Positions 8,668 through 18,713 of a DNA stretch of 64,000 bases are shown piece after piece. Made by a program: the position numbers and the translations under genes. Source of the DNA: Nitrospirota bacterium (GTDB lineage Bacteria > Nitrospirota > UBA9217); contig DASPSR010000022.1 in NCBI GenBank assembly GCA_035623825.1, forward strand, positions 128,001 to 192,000, written 5' to 3'. The notes beneath the pieces were generated by a model that worked only from the letters and a program-made list of their open reading frames with translations, searched no databases and was not told the origin of the DNA. How positions within the stretch are numbered: position 1 is the stretch's first letter; each line of letters starts with the position of its first letter.

Positions 8668-9747
8668 ATGGCCAAGACACTTCAGGATCTGATGCCAGCA
8701 AACGCAAGGAAGAAACTGGGGGGAGCGAGCAAGCTGAACGTACTGTCCTCTCACGATGTCTTCAGGATGCTGAAAGACGACAAAGTGATCATTATGGCAT
8801 GCAACACGAGGATCAAGCACGTGATCCCAAGTATCATGCGCGCGGCCGAGGATCTTGACGCAGTAGTCTGCTTTGAGCTCGCCAAAAGCGAGGGGAACCT
8901 CAAGGGCGGCTACACAGGAATGGACCCCCACAAATTCGCCGATACCGTCTTCGGCTACGCCGAGGCCGTAAAGTTAACGAAGCCTTTCTTTATCCATGGA
9001 GACCACGTGACGACCAAGAGCCCGGACCCCCCAGTCGTCGGGGAGTCCCGTGATCTTATCAAAGCGGAGCTCGAAGCCGGTTACACGTCGATCGCCATTG
9101 ATGCCTCGTTCAACGAGACCCATGACAACATCAAGATCAGTTCAGAACTTGGCCGCATGGTGCTTGCCGCCGGCGCAGGGCTTGAGGCTGAGGTGGGCGA
9201 AATCAAATCCACCAAAGAGGGCGGGGAGATCACGACGGTGGAAGAGGCTGTGGAGTTCATCGACGGAATGGAGAAGACCGGCGTGCATGCCGATCTGCTT
9301 GCCATCAATAACGGCTCCAAGCACGGCAACTATAAGCCCGGCGAGGAAGTTCATATAGAGCTGAAGCGCACAGGTGACATTTACGAGGCGATCAAAAAAT
9401 GGGCGGTCTGCATAGCGCAACACGGGATCACCGGCACCCCCCTCGACCTCGTGGGACAGTTCGCGGACTACGGCATCCGGAAGGGCAATGTCGGCACCAA
9501 CTGGCAGAACATAGCCCACGACGGGCTGCCTGCAGACCTCATGAACAACATGAAAGAGTGGGCGAAGAAGGAGAACAAAGATATCAAGTTCGCCACGAAG
9601 CAATTCCTCTCCGATATAAACTCGATACCACGGGAGAGCGTAAAGAAGATCGAGGATATGGCCTATAAATCGGCCGTCGAGTTCATTACCGCTTTTCGCG
9701 CCAAGGGCACGGCATCGCTCGTGGCCAAGAGGCTCCTCGGGAAATAG
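8668..9747 (+). CDS. fba: Fructose-bisphosphate aldolase class II
   Basis: IHGDH, IDAS, EAEVGEI, GSKHG, AQHGITG, KGNVGT metal-binding motifs. Confidence 0.9.
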   Translation: MAKTLQDLMPANARKKLGGASKLNVLSSHDVFRMLKDDKVIIMACNTRIKHVIPSIMRAAEDLDAVVCFELAKSEGNLKGGYTGMDPHKFADTVFGYAEAVKLTKPFFIHGDHVTTKSPDPPVVGESRDLIKAELEAGYTSIAIDASFNETHDNIKISSELGRMVLAAGAGLEAEVGEIKSTKEGGEITTVEEAVEFIDGMEKTGVHADLLAINNGSKHGNYKPGEEVHIELKRTGDIYEAIKKWAVCIAQHGITGTPLDLVGQFADYGIRKGNVGTNWQNIAHDGLPADLMNNMKEWAKKENKDIKFATKQFLSDINSIPRESVKKIEDMAYKSAVEFITAFRAKGTASLVAKRLLGK

Positions 9748-9876
9748 GATTTAACCTGAAAGAACGCTGATGCATGCGGGTTTGACGAAGGAACACCTCA
9801 CGCGTGGACCCTATCATCCATGCCTGTCATTGTGGACGCGGGAGCGCCATCCAGATGCAATTATGAGAGGCGGCAG

Positions 9877-10662
9877 ATGGACCCCCAATCCAAATGGGCG
9901 GTGATATTCGCCCGGTCCAGGAAACGGAAGCTGCTTCCGCTGGACGTAGAGAACTGCTCGCCGATAGCCCTTCGCAACATCATCCTCGATGTCAGCACGC
10001 CAGACACCATCCTTGAGCGCATCGCGCAGGTCTATTTCGAAGACGAGAATATCCTTCGCGATCTCGTCCGCTGTCCAAACTTGTCCGAGACTACGCTTAC
10101 GTTCATTGTTCTGGTGGGATCCGATGAGATAAAAAGCTTCATCGCGGGCACCCGGGTGATGGATCTGGTCGTGGCAGAGACTGCCGTTGCGGCGCCCGGT
10201 GCAGGCGCGGACGTGAAAGGAAGGGAGACAGGGGGAAAGAAGAAGCTGAATGTGCTGCAGGTGCTCCAGACCATGACGATCCCGCAGAAGATCAAGCTCG
10301 CGGTGTCTGGCGCCAAGGACGCACGGTCTCTACTGATCAGGGAGTCGAGCAAGATGGTTTCGCTTGCCGTGCTGGAGAACCCCAGGATCACTATTGGCGA
10401 GGTCGAGTTTTTTTCCAAGTCGACGAACCTGAGCGAGGATGTCATGCGCAAGATTGGCTCAAATTCAGAGTGGTCCAAGAGATATGCTGTCGCTTCGAAT
10501 CTCGTGAGCAATCCCAAGACCCCGGTGGGGATTTCACTTGGTTTTGTCAATAAACTGACCGATCACGATCTCAGCATGCTCGAAAAGAGCCGCAACGTGC
10601 CCGCTGCCGTGAGGACAGCGGCGAGGGGGTATCTCGCAAAGAAGAAGCTCGGTAAAGGATAG
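9877..10662 (+). CDS. Conserved hypothetical protein with LRV/HEAT-like helical repeats
   Basis: QKIKLA..G.KDAR.LLIRE...AVLENPRIT, LVSNPKTP repeats; GAGAGG SD before ATG 9877. Confidence 0.7.
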   Translation: MDPQSKWAVIFARSRKRKLLPLDVENCSPIALRNIILDVSTPDTILERIAQVYFEDENILRDLVRCPNLSETTLTFIVLVGSDEIKSFIAGTRVMDLVVAETAVAAPGAGADVKGRETGGKKKLNVLQVLQTMTIPQKIKLAVSGAKDARSLLIRESSKMVSLAVLENPRITIGEVEFFSKSTNLSEDVMRKIGSNSEWSKRYAVASNLVSNPKTPVGISLGFVNKLTDHDLSMLEKSRNVPAAVRTAARGYLAKKKLGKG

Positions 10663-10734
10663 TTCATCGTTTTTTCTCCTTCCCCGATCATGCAATCGTT
10701 ATTCCCATGGTCAATCAATGACAGAGATATCGAC

Positions 10735-11727
10735 ATGAAACGTCCCATCGTCATAATTCTTGCGCTTCTCCTGCTCACATCCGGTTGCAGCAGGCCTAAA
10801 ACCATGCAGAAGACCGAGTCCATCATGGGCACGGATGTCACGATCACGGTCGTAGCGCGTTCGTCCGAAGAGGGCGAGGCAGCCATAAAAGCCGGGATGG
10901 CGGAGCTGCGACGGCTTGATGCCATGATGTCGCTTTACAAGGACGACAGCGAGATCACCAGGGTCAACCTTGCGGCAGGGAAGAACCCTGTTAAAGTTTC
11001 TCCCGAGATGATCGAGGTCTTGGAGCGTGCAGATGAGGTTTCCAGGCTCTCGAACGGGGTATTCGACGTGACTATCGGGCCGCTCGTTGTCCTGTGGCAG
11101 ATGCGTCTTAAGGAGGGGAAGGTCCCTACTGATGGGGAGATAGCCAGGGCCCGTTCCCTTGTGAACTTTCGCAACATAGTCATTGACGAAAAGGAATCGA
11201 CTGTCTTTTTAAGGAAACGGGGCATGATTTTGGATCTTGGCGGAATGAAGGGGTATACGGCAGACCGGGCTGCAGCCATAATCAAAAAACGCGGAATCAA
11301 CAACGCCATTATTGCCGTTGCCGGCGATATCTGGGTGTTGGGAAACAGGGCGGACGGAACATCCTGGAGGATTGGCGTGCAGCATCCGCGGGAGCGGGAC
11401 AAGACCCTGGCCGTCCTGGATATGAAGGACAAATATATATCCACGTCCGGCGATTACGAACGGTTCGTCATCAGGGAGAACAAGCGTTATCATCACATCA
11501 TCGATCCCCGGACCGGGAAGCCGTCGAAGGGGGTCATCTCCGCGACTCTTATCGGGGACAGGGGAGCTCTTATTGATCCTCTCACTAAGGTGCCTTTTAT
11601 CCTTGGTCCTGCAGAGGGGTTGAAGATCGTGAGAAAGCTCGGCGCTGAGGCCATTATTGTGGACGATCAAGGCAGGGTCTTCACGACAGACGGGATTCAG
11701 AATCTGCTGGACCAGCCGAATCACTGA
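10735..11727 (+). CDS. apbE: FAD:protein FMN transferase lipoprotein
   Basis: Lipobox LTSGC; MGT, DSEI..VN, FDVTIGPL, DLGGMKGY, STSGDYER, HHIIDPRTG. Confidence 0.93.
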   Translation: MKRPIVIILALLLLTSGCSRPKTMQKTESIMGTDVTITVVARSSEEGEAAIKAGMAELRRLDAMMSLYKDDSEITRVNLAAGKNPVKVSPEMIEVLERADEVSRLSNGVFDVTIGPLVVLWQMRLKEGKVPTDGEIARARSLVNFRNIVIDEKESTVFLRKRGMILDLGGMKGYTADRAAAIIKKRGINNAIIAVAGDIWVLGNRADGTSWRIGVQHPRERDKTLAVLDMKDKYISTSGDYERFVIRENKRYHHIIDPRTGKPSKGVISATLIGDRGALIDPLTKVPFILGPAEGLKIVRKLGAEAIIVDDQGRVFTTDGIQNLLDQPNH

Positions 11728-11779
11728 AAATTAAAGGAGTCTGCGTGAGGGGCAAATGTAATTGCCACGGGAGATAAGG

Positions 11780-13288
11780 ATGATAAAAGTGATGTTCCTC
11801 TGCACGGGCAATTCGTGCCGGAGCCAGATGGCTGAAGGGCTGGCGCGGGAGCTCGGCAAGGACTTGATAGAGCCGTACAGCGCAGGTCTTATTGCGGCCG
11901 GTCTCCACCCCCGCGCGGTTGCCGTCATGAAGGAAGCAGGCATCGATATCTCTCATCAGAAATCCAAAGAGATCGACGAGGACCTGTTGAGGAGAATGGA
12001 TGTGGTCATCACCCTCTGCGACAACGCCGCGGAAGCATGTTCATGGATCCCTCTGGAGATCACGCGTCTTCACTGGCCTATCAAGGACCCTGTGGGGACT
12101 GTCGGCACGGAGGAAAAGATCATGCAGGAGTTCCGTCGTGCGAGGGAAGAGATCAGAGCGAAAATAGAGCGCGCTGTGTCCGAGATCAGCGCAAAAGGGA
12201 CCATAACCGTGGAGCAAAAAGCGGCCAAAAGCTCCTCATTCATAGGTTGGTTCCTTCCCCTGTGGATCATCGCCGCAATGGCCCTCGGCGTCGCACTTGG
12301 CCATCTCGTTCCTGCAATGGAGACCTTCGTCAACGAATTTCAGGTCGGCACAACCAATGTCCCCATCGCGATCGGCCTCATGCTCATGATGTATCCTTCT
12401 CTGGCCAAGGTCAGATATGAGGAACTCGGCGAGGTATTCAAAAACAAGAAAGTACTCGGATTGTCGCTGGTCCAGAACTGGATCATCGGCCCAGTTCTGA
12501 TGTTCCTTCTGGCAGCCATATTTCTCCGATCCCATCCCGAATACATGGTTGGACTCATCATGATAGGCATCGCCCGCTGCATCGCAATGATGATCGTCTG
12601 GAACGACCCAGCCTGCGGCGACCCCGGATACGCCGCCGGTCTGATCGCATTCAATTCACTGTTCCAGGTCTTTTTTTATTCCGCTTACGCCTATGTGTTC
12701 ATTACTGTGCTCCCTGCGTCGTTTGGCGTGAGGGGTGCGGTCGTGGAGGCGACCATCGGGCAGATTGCACAAAGCGTCTTCACGTATCTGGGGATCCCGT
12801 TTATCACCGGCATGGCGACCCGCTTCGCCTTGATCAGGCTCAAGGGCCGCTCGTGGTACGATCAGACCTTCGTCCCGCGGATAAACCCGTTGACGCTCGT
12901 CTCCCTCCTCTTTACCATCGTCGTGATGTTCTCGCTTAAGGGGGATAGCATCGCCAGACTCCCGTTTGATGTCCTCGTAATAGCAGTCCCTCTTCTTGCG
13001 TATTTCATCGTCATGTTCGTCGTATCTTTTTATATGGGGCGCAAACTGGAGACCGACTACGCGAAGACGGCGGCCTTGTCCTTCACGGCAGCTAGCAATA
13101 ATTTCGAACTTGCCATTGCGGTCGCTGTCGCGGTATTCGGGATAAATTCTGGGGTGGCCTTCGCCACAATTATCGGTCCCCTTGTCGAAGTCCCGGTGTT
13201 GATCGGCCTGGTCAATATCGCCAGAATCTTCCAGAAAAAATACTTTACGGTCGAATATTGCAAGATAAGAGGCTCGGAACCGCTATAG
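11780..13288 (+). CDS. arsC-acr3: Fusion of thioredoxin-coupled arsenate reductase ArsC (LMW-PTP fold) and ACR3 arsenite efflux permease
   Basis: N-term [16 protein letters not shown]...AC, HWPIKDP; C-term [25 protein letters not shown]. Confidence 0.88.
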   Translation: MIKVMFLCTGNSCRSQMAEGLARELGKDLIEPYSAGLIAAGLHPRAVAVMKEAGIDISHQKSKEIDEDLLRRMDVVITLCDNAAEACSWIPLEITRLHWPIKDPVGTVGTEEKIMQEFRRAREEIRAKIERAVSEISAKGTITVEQKAAKSSSFIGWFLPLWIIAAMALGVALGHLVPAMETFVNEFQVGTTNVPIAIGLMLMMYPSLAKVRYEELGEVFKNKKVLGLSLVQNWIIGPVLMFLLAAIFLRSHPEYMVGLIMIGIARCIAMMIVWNDPACGDPGYAAGLIAFNSLFQVFFYSAYAYVFITVLPASFGVRGAVVEATIGQIAQSVFTYLGIPFITGMATRFALIRLKGRSWYDQTFVPRINPLTLVSLLFTIVVMFSLKGDSIARLPFDVLVIAVPLLAYFIVMFVVSFYMGRKLETDYAKTAALSFTAASNNFELAIAVAVAVFGINSGVAFATIIGPLVEVPVLIGLVNIARIFQKKYFTVEYCKIRGSEPL

Positions 13289-13402
13289 ACTCTTTTATGT
13301 CCCTGCCTTTGCAATCCGCAGAAACTTTTGCTCACCGGTTTCAACTGCTCGAAAGGGGAGCAACTCTCTCATCCGAATTCATGAAAAGAATATAAAAAAC
13401 AG

Positions 13403-13431
13403 TTGCAAATATTTGAATATCATGGTATAAT
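13403..13431 (+). promoter_or_regulatory. sigma-70 promoter of the HesB-like selenoprotein gene
   Basis: TTGCAA-17 nt-TATAAT. Confidence 0.7.
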
Positions 13432-13493
13432 AAAATTTCTTGATATAATTCTGCCAAGAACAGACAGGATCAGAATAACAACAAGGAGGAAGA

Positions 13494-13796
13494 ATGGTAA
13501 GTTTGACAGACAGTGCGGTGAGGAAATTCAAGGAAGTTGTCGAGAAGCAGGGATCAGCAGGGGATGGCGTGAGGATTTTTGTCGTGCCTGGAGGCTGAAG
13601 CCCGTCCCTGGCTATGGACATAGCCAAAGCAGCTCAGCTCGGTGATACCACCCTTGAGCTAGACGGATTGAAGATTTTTGTGGAAGAGCGCGCCAAAGGG
13701 ATGCTCGTTAACACAAGCATCGATTTTAATGAAGGGCAGGGTTTTGTGCTGACCGGAATGCAGCCGAGTTCCTGCGGTTCTTCGTGCAGCTGTTAA
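13494..13796 (+). CDS. HesB/IscA-like (A-type carrier) selenoprotein; Sec at TGA 13596-13598 (codon 35)
   Basis: AAGGAGG SD + ATG 13494 in frame with ORF 13614..13796: MVSLTDSAVRKFKEVV...GVRIFVVPGG-U-SPSLAMDI...IDF...GF...SCGSSCSC. Confidence 0.9.
13609..13626 (+). promoter_or_regulatory. Bacterial SECIS-like hairpin
   Basis: TGGCTAT-GGAC-ATAGCCA perfect stem with G-containing loop, 10 nt after the in-frame TGA. Confidence 0.78.
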
Positions 13797-13829
13797 TTAT
13801 CACTGATATTTGACTACGTTGCCACTACC

Positions 13830-13859
13830 GCCGTCTTCATGTTGAAGACGGCTTTTTTT
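13830..13859 (+). terminator. Rho-independent terminator
   Basis: GCCGTCTTCA-TGT-TGAAGACGGC + T7. Confidence 0.85.
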
Positions 13860-14111
13860 GTGCTCCGCCCACCCCCCTGATTTTCCGGTCAAGGAATTGC
13901 ATTAAGTTTCACAGCTGCCGGAAAAAGTAGTGCTAGAATAGAAATAGAAGGTCATCCTCTTCCTGGACTCCTTGTTATGGCGATTCAGTCTGATGTCGAG
14001 GACATTTGCCCAGAGAGTGTTCTGGCAAGGGATGCCCAATCTCTCTGGCATCAATTCGCCTTTGAGCCCGGTTACGTTCCCGCTCTTAATTGAGAAGCAG
14101 GAGTTTGTACC

Positions 14112-14852
14112 ATGGTTAATATCAGGAAGTTGTCCGTAAGCGTCGAAGGAAAAAGGATACTCACTGACGTCAATCTTCATGTTGGCCGGGGAGAAACCGT
14201 CGTCTTGTTCGGGCCGAACGGTTCGGGAAAGACCTCGTTTCTGAAGACAATCATGGGGATCCCCCAGTACAGGGTGGAATCGGGAGAAATAATCTACAAA
14301 GGTGAGATGATCACCAAAAGCAGCATAGATGAGCGTGCAAGGCTTGGGATTGGCATCGTATTTCAACATCCTCCAGCGGTAAGAGGCGTTAGGCTTAGAG
14401 ACATGCTGCGTCTCTGCATGGAAAAGAAGGGCACTTTCAAGGAAGAAAGAATCAACGAGGCCGCCGAGAAATTGAATTGTACCGATTTTTTGGACAGGGA
14501 TGTCAATCTGGGCTTTTCAGGCGGTGAAATCAAGCGGTCCGAACTTCTTCAACTCCTCGTACAGAACCCCGAATTCGTAATGCTCGATGAACCGGACTCA
14601 GGCGTGGACCTCGTTAACATCAATCTTGTGGGCCGCGTAATCAATGAATTGCTTGAGAAAGATAAAAGAGAAGACAAAAGGACCAAAGTGGGGCTGATCA
14701 TAACCCATGCCGGATACATCCTGGATTATGTCAACGCCGACAGGGCGTACGTTATGCTGAACGGCACCGTGAGGTGCTCCGGCAACCCGATGGATGTTCT
14801 GGAGGACATCAGGGCAAAAGGATATGAGGAGTGTGTACGATGCCGAATGTAA
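14112..14852 (+). CDS. sufC: Fe-S assembly ABC ATPase SufC-like (SmsC of SUF-minimal system)
   Basis: GPNGSGKT, RDVNLGFSGGE, DEPDSGVD, IITH; C-terminal CxxC (CVRC) typical of SmsC. Confidence 0.92.
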   Translation: MVNIRKLSVSVEGKRILTDVNLHVGRGETVVLFGPNGSGKTSFLKTIMGIPQYRVESGEIIYKGEMITKSSIDERARLGIGIVFQHPPAVRGVRLRDMLRLCMEKKGTFKEERINEAAEKLNCTDFLDRDVNLGFSGGEIKRSELLQLLVQNPEFVMLDEPDSGVDLVNINLVGRVINELLEKDKREDKRTKVGLIITHAGYILDYVNADRAYVMLNGTVRCSGNPMDVLEDIRAKGYEECVRCRM

Positions 14853-16066
14853 CTGTTAAGGATAAGGCGAAAAACGCTGAGAAAAAACCCGCCGTCTTCG
14901 GCCCGGACCTCGATCTCGCTTCGTATTCCATCAAGGCGAAGGAGCATGAAGAGATTCAACGATTAACAGGACTGACTGATGAGGTAAAAGAGCAGGCTGC
15001 CACCGTGGGTATTGATGCGGAGGAGACGTGCAGGGCAGGGTCATTTTTCCAGATGGACCATTCGGTCATACTTTCTTCGGCCTATCAAAGCGGCCTCGAG
15101 GTGATGAGCACCACGGAGGCGCTCAAAGAATACGAGTGGCTCAACGACTACTGGTGGAAGGCCGTGCAGGTGGACGCTGACAAGTATACTGCCCAGGCTG
15201 AGCTGCAGCAGCATCATGGATACTTTTTGAGGGCGCTGCCCGGATCACGGGCGGAATTTCCCCTGCAGGCCTGTCTCTACATGACCGGGGAAGGGCTGGC
15301 GCAGAATGTCCATAACGTGATAGTAGCTGAGGAGGGCTCGGAGCTCCATATCATCACAGGCTGCACGACATCGCAACACGTGAGATCAGGGCTGCATATA
15401 GGCGTATCAGAATTTTACATAAAGAAGAACGCAAAGGTCACCTTTACAATGATCCATAACTGGGCTGAGGACGTTGCGGTCCGGCCGAGGACAGGCACGA
15501 TCGTGGATGATAACGGCGTTTTCATGAGCAACTACATCTGCATGAGACCGGTCAAAACCCTCCAGATGTACCCCGTCACATACTGTGTCGGCGAGAACGC
15601 CACCGTGAGGTATAATACCATTTTATTTGCACCGGAGGGGTCTAACATGGATGTAGGTTCCAAAGTCTTCCTGAAGGCCAGGGGAGGCAGGGCAGAGGTT
15701 ATTGCAAGGGCGATTACGAAGGGAGGCGCCATCGTCACCAGGGGGAGCTTGATTGGCGAGGTTCCTGGAATCAAAGCACATCTGGAATGCAGAGGGCTCA
15801 TCCTATCCGAGCGGGGGTCGATCCTCGCCATCCCCGAGCTGGATGGCAGAGTGAGCGGCGTTGATATGTCCCACGAGGCGGCAGTCGGAAAGATTGCCGA
15901 GGAAGAGATCCAGTACCTAATGGCGCGAGGGCTGACCAGCGACGAGGCGACTGCCGCAATCGTCAGGGGCTTTTTGGATGTCGAGATAAAGGGACTCCCG
16001 GAGCACCTCAAGGAAGAGATAAAAAAGGCGGTTGATCTGGGGGAAAAAGAGGAACGTCTTCTGTGA
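14840..16066 (+). CDS. sufB: SufB/SufD-family Fe-S scaffold (SmsB)
   Basis: ELHIITGC, GVSEFY, MIHNW, HLECRGL, PEL...SHEAAVGKI...YLMARG; overlaps the sufC end. Confidence 0.92.
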   Translation: MPNVTVKDKAKNAEKKPAVFGPDLDLASYSIKAKEHEEIQRLTGLTDEVKEQAATVGIDAEETCRAGSFFQMDHSVILSSAYQSGLEVMSTTEALKEYEWLNDYWWKAVQVDADKYTAQAELQQHHGYFLRALPGSRAEFPLQACLYMTGEGLAQNVHNVIVAEEGSELHIITGCTTSQHVRSGLHIGVSEFYIKKNAKVTFTMIHNWAEDVAVRPRTGTIVDDNGVFMSNYICMRPVKTLQMYPVTYCVGENATVRYNTILFAPEGSNMDVGSKVFLKARGGRAEVIARAITKGGAIVTRGSLIGEVPGIKAHLECRGLILSERGSILAIPELDGRVSGVDMSHEAAVGKIAEEEIQYLMARGLTSDEATAAIVRGFLDVEIKGLPEHLKEEIKKAVDLGEKEERLL

Positions 16067-16376
16067 AGAGCATGAAAATTGGATGCGAATAAACACCGTA
16101 TCTCTTGGAGCAATAATCGGATCTTGCCTTGCAAGAGACGATGCCATTAAGAATGTGAATGACCACGCAAGTCGAGCGAGGCGATTTCCCGCAAGGAGCA
16201 CCATGACGCTCTCCCGCCGTATTCGAAATTCAAACACCTACTATTCGATTATCGTATAATTCGATATTACTCGTGCCTCCCGTCAATTCCCCTTTCTTCT
16301 GCTTCATACATCATAACCGTCAGTATCATAACGTTTTTCCCTCACGACTGTGCCGCGATGTAAGCTGGCTTCCTTC

Positions 16377-16394
16377 CTGGCATGTTCGATGCAT
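16377..16394 (+). promoter_or_regulatory. Putative sigma-54 (-24/-12) promoter of the PP2C-vWA-FHA-kinase operon
   Basis: CTGGCATGTTCGATGCAT: GG 16379-80 and GC 16391-92 separated by exactly 10 nt; about 45 nt upstream of the GAGGAG-led ATG 16440. Confidence 0.6.
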
Positions 16395-16439
16395 AATGAA
16401 TGCTCCGAGAGAGCATGATGATAATGTGAGGAGCATGCT

Positions 16440-17375
16440 ATGAAACAGGATTTGAAAAGCTGCTTGAAAAAAATCTTCTTCAGTGCCGGAGAACAGCACA
16501 CTACCCAGTCATCATTCGTTACACATAACAACGGAGACACTCGCGTGCTCCAGCCCGCATATACCGTAAGGCTGAAACCCGAGCCGAATGAAGAATTACC
16601 TGCTTCTGCTCCTCAGGGGGGCGCAGGCACGGCCCAGCGTTCTACGGCAGAAATGTCTCTCGTCTGGTGCGGACTTACGGACACAGGCTTGATACGGGAC
16701 CACAACGAGGATTTTTTCTCGTGCAAGGCACTTGAAGAGAGCAGCTTGTTCATCGTTGCCGACGGCATGGGTGGACACGATGCAGGTGAGGTAGCCAGCA
16801 GACTGGCCGTGGAGACGGTATGCAAAGAGGTGCAGGAGAGCGCGAAGGGGGTTTACGATCCGGAGAAACTGCTTGAGCGGGCGGTGCAGCACGCCAACGC
16901 AGAAGTCATTCGCGAAGGGGTGAACAAGGGCTACATCATGGGAACGACGCTAACGCTGGCCCTCATGGCGCGGGAGAGAGCGTACATCGCGAGCGTAGGT
17001 GACAGCCGGACCTACTGGATCGAGAATGGCTCCATCAGACAGATCACGGAGGACCACTCGCTTGTTGCGAAACTGGTATCGGCGGGAAAGCTGATGAAAG
17101 AAGAGTCCAGGACCCACCCTAAAGCGAACCTGCTTTACCGCACGATCGGCACTGATGAGAATGTAAAGGTGGACACGTTCAAGGTTGACCTGAAAAGAGG
17201 TGACAGCCTTTTGCTCTGCACCGACGGACTCTGGGGAGAGGTGACGGACGAAGATATCCACAGGGTCTGTTCAACGGAGGAGGACCTGACAACAGCATGC
17301 ACGAAATTGATCCAGGCGGCGAATGATAATGGTGGTAAAGACAACATTACTGCAGTCGTGGTTAAGTTGGTGTAG
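16440..17375 (+). CDS. PP2C-family (Stp1/PrpC-like) Ser/Thr protein phosphatase
   Basis: TDTGLIRDHNED, VADGMGGH, MGTT, VGDSR, TEDHS, LLCTDGL, GGKDNIT. Confidence 0.95.
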   Translation: MKQDLKSCLKKIFFSAGEQHTTQSSFVTHNNGDTRVLQPAYTVRLKPEPNEELPASAPQGGAGTAQRSTAEMSLVWCGLTDTGLIRDHNEDFFSCKALEESSLFIVADGMGGHDAGEVASRLAVETVCKEVQESAKGVYDPEKLLERAVQHANAEVIREGVNKGYIMGTTLTLALMARERAYIASVGDSRTYWIENGSIRQITEDHSLVAKLVSAGKLMKEESRTHPKANLLYRTIGTDENVKVDTFKVDLKRGDSLLLCTDGLWGEVTDEDIHRVCSTEEDLTTACTKLIQAANDNGGKDNITAVVVKLV

Positions 17376-17456
17376 GAATCGAGCAGAGGGCAGGGAAACT
17401 CTAGTATTTACCCTGCCGTATGCTCCACGCGGTTACAAGGAGAGGAGGAGCATATC

Positions 17457-18713
17457 ATGAAAGAGGATATGAAGATTCGGTGTCTCTTGAGCAAGGATAC
17501 ATTGCAGGTCTCCGAAGCGGAGCAGGCGGTGTATGCTTTCGTGGAAATCAAGGCAGAAAGCGGAATAATGTTCGGAGCCACGCCGGCGAACTTTGGCCTG
17601 GTGCTGGACCGGAGCGGGTCCATGGACGGCGAGAAAATAGACAATCTGAGGGAGGCCGTGGGATATGTCGTCGATCATCTAAACGACGACGATCTCGTCT
17701 CAGTCACGATCTTTGATGACCAGGTGGAGACGCTCGTTGCGAACCAGCCTGCAAAGAACCGTCAAGAGATCAAAAGCGGGCTCACAAAGGTGATTCCGCG
17801 CGGCGGTACCCAGATTTCAGACGGTCTCAAGGCAGGATTGGCCGAGGTTCGGAAGGGATATGCAAAGAACCGCGTGAACCGCATCCTCTTGCTTACGGAC
17901 GGTCAGACATGGGACGATGAGGATGCGTGCCTCGAACTCGCGGACGAGGCGGGGGCGCAGAACATTGCAATCACCAGCATCGGCATCGGGGAGGATTGGA
18001 ACGAGAAGCTCCTCCTCCAGCTCGCCGAGCGCTCTCATGGCAACTCGCACTGGATCCAGAACCCCATTTCGATCCTCGATGCGTTCCAACAGGAGGTTGA
18101 GGGCATGCAGTCTGTTGCCGCTGTGAACCTGAAAGTGACTGCCCGCTTGAGCCGGGGAGTAAAGCCGGTCAAGGTCTACACAACGATCCCGATGATCGCC
18201 GATGTGAGCAATAAGGCCGTAAGCGGCAGCAACGTGGTTGCCGAACTCGGATCTCTCGACGGCAAACGGGGCCAAACAATGCTCGTCGAGGCCCGCGTTC
18301 AGGCGCAGAAGGCGGGAAGGTTCCGGCTGGGACAAGTGGAAGTCACCTATGACATTCCGTCGCAGGGCGCAAAAAGGAAGAGCGTCAAGGCGGATATGTT
18401 CGTTAACTTTTCTGCTGACGCGTCTGCCGCAATGAAAGTGAACTCAGAGGTGATGAACCTCGTTGAAAAGGTAAGTGCGTTCAAGCTCCAGACCAGGGCT
18501 CTGACCGAGGCAGAGGCGGGCAATATCGCAGCCGCCACACAGAAGCTCCGGTCCGCGGCAACGGTGCTCCTGAACCTGGGAGAGGATGACCTGGCCAAGG
18601 CGGCGGAGCAGGAGATCCTGTCTCTCAGGAAGACGGGTACATTCACGGCAGCAGGGACAAAGAAGCTAGAATACGGCACCAGGAAGCTCACACAGGCAAT
18701 GACGGAACGGTGA
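17457..18713 (+). CDS. Cytoplasmic von Willebrand factor A (vWA) domain protein
   Basis: MIDAS DRSGS...GGT...LLTDG; helical C-terminus ending KKLEYGTRKLTQ; GGAGGAG SD. Confidence 0.92.
   Translation: MKEDMKIRCLLSKDTLQVSEAEQAVYAFVEIKAESGIMFGATPANFGLVLDRSGSMDGEKIDNLREAVGYVVDHLNDDDLVSVTIFDDQVETLVANQPAKNRQEIKSGLTKVIPRGGTQISDGLKAGLAEVRKGYAKNRVNRILLLTDGQTWDDEDACLELADEAGAQNIAITSIGIGEDWNEKLLLQLAERSHGNSHWIQNPISILDAFQQEVEGMQSVAAVNLKVTARLSRGVKPVKVYTTIPMIADVSNKAVSGSNVVAELGSLDGKRGQTMLVEARVQAQKAGRFRLGQVEVTYDIPSQGAKRKSVKADMFVNFSADASAAMKVNSEVMNLVEKVSAFKLQTRALTEAEAGNIAAATQKLRSAATVLLNLGEDDLAKAAEQEILSLRKTGTFTAAGTKKLEYGTRKLTQAMTER

Noticed and set aside
3453-11727. Additional Sec read-through at other TGA-terminated genes (DUF4253-like, apbE)
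   Set aside because: These TGAs fall at the natural C-termini of the families, with no continuing domain or SECIS-like hairpin
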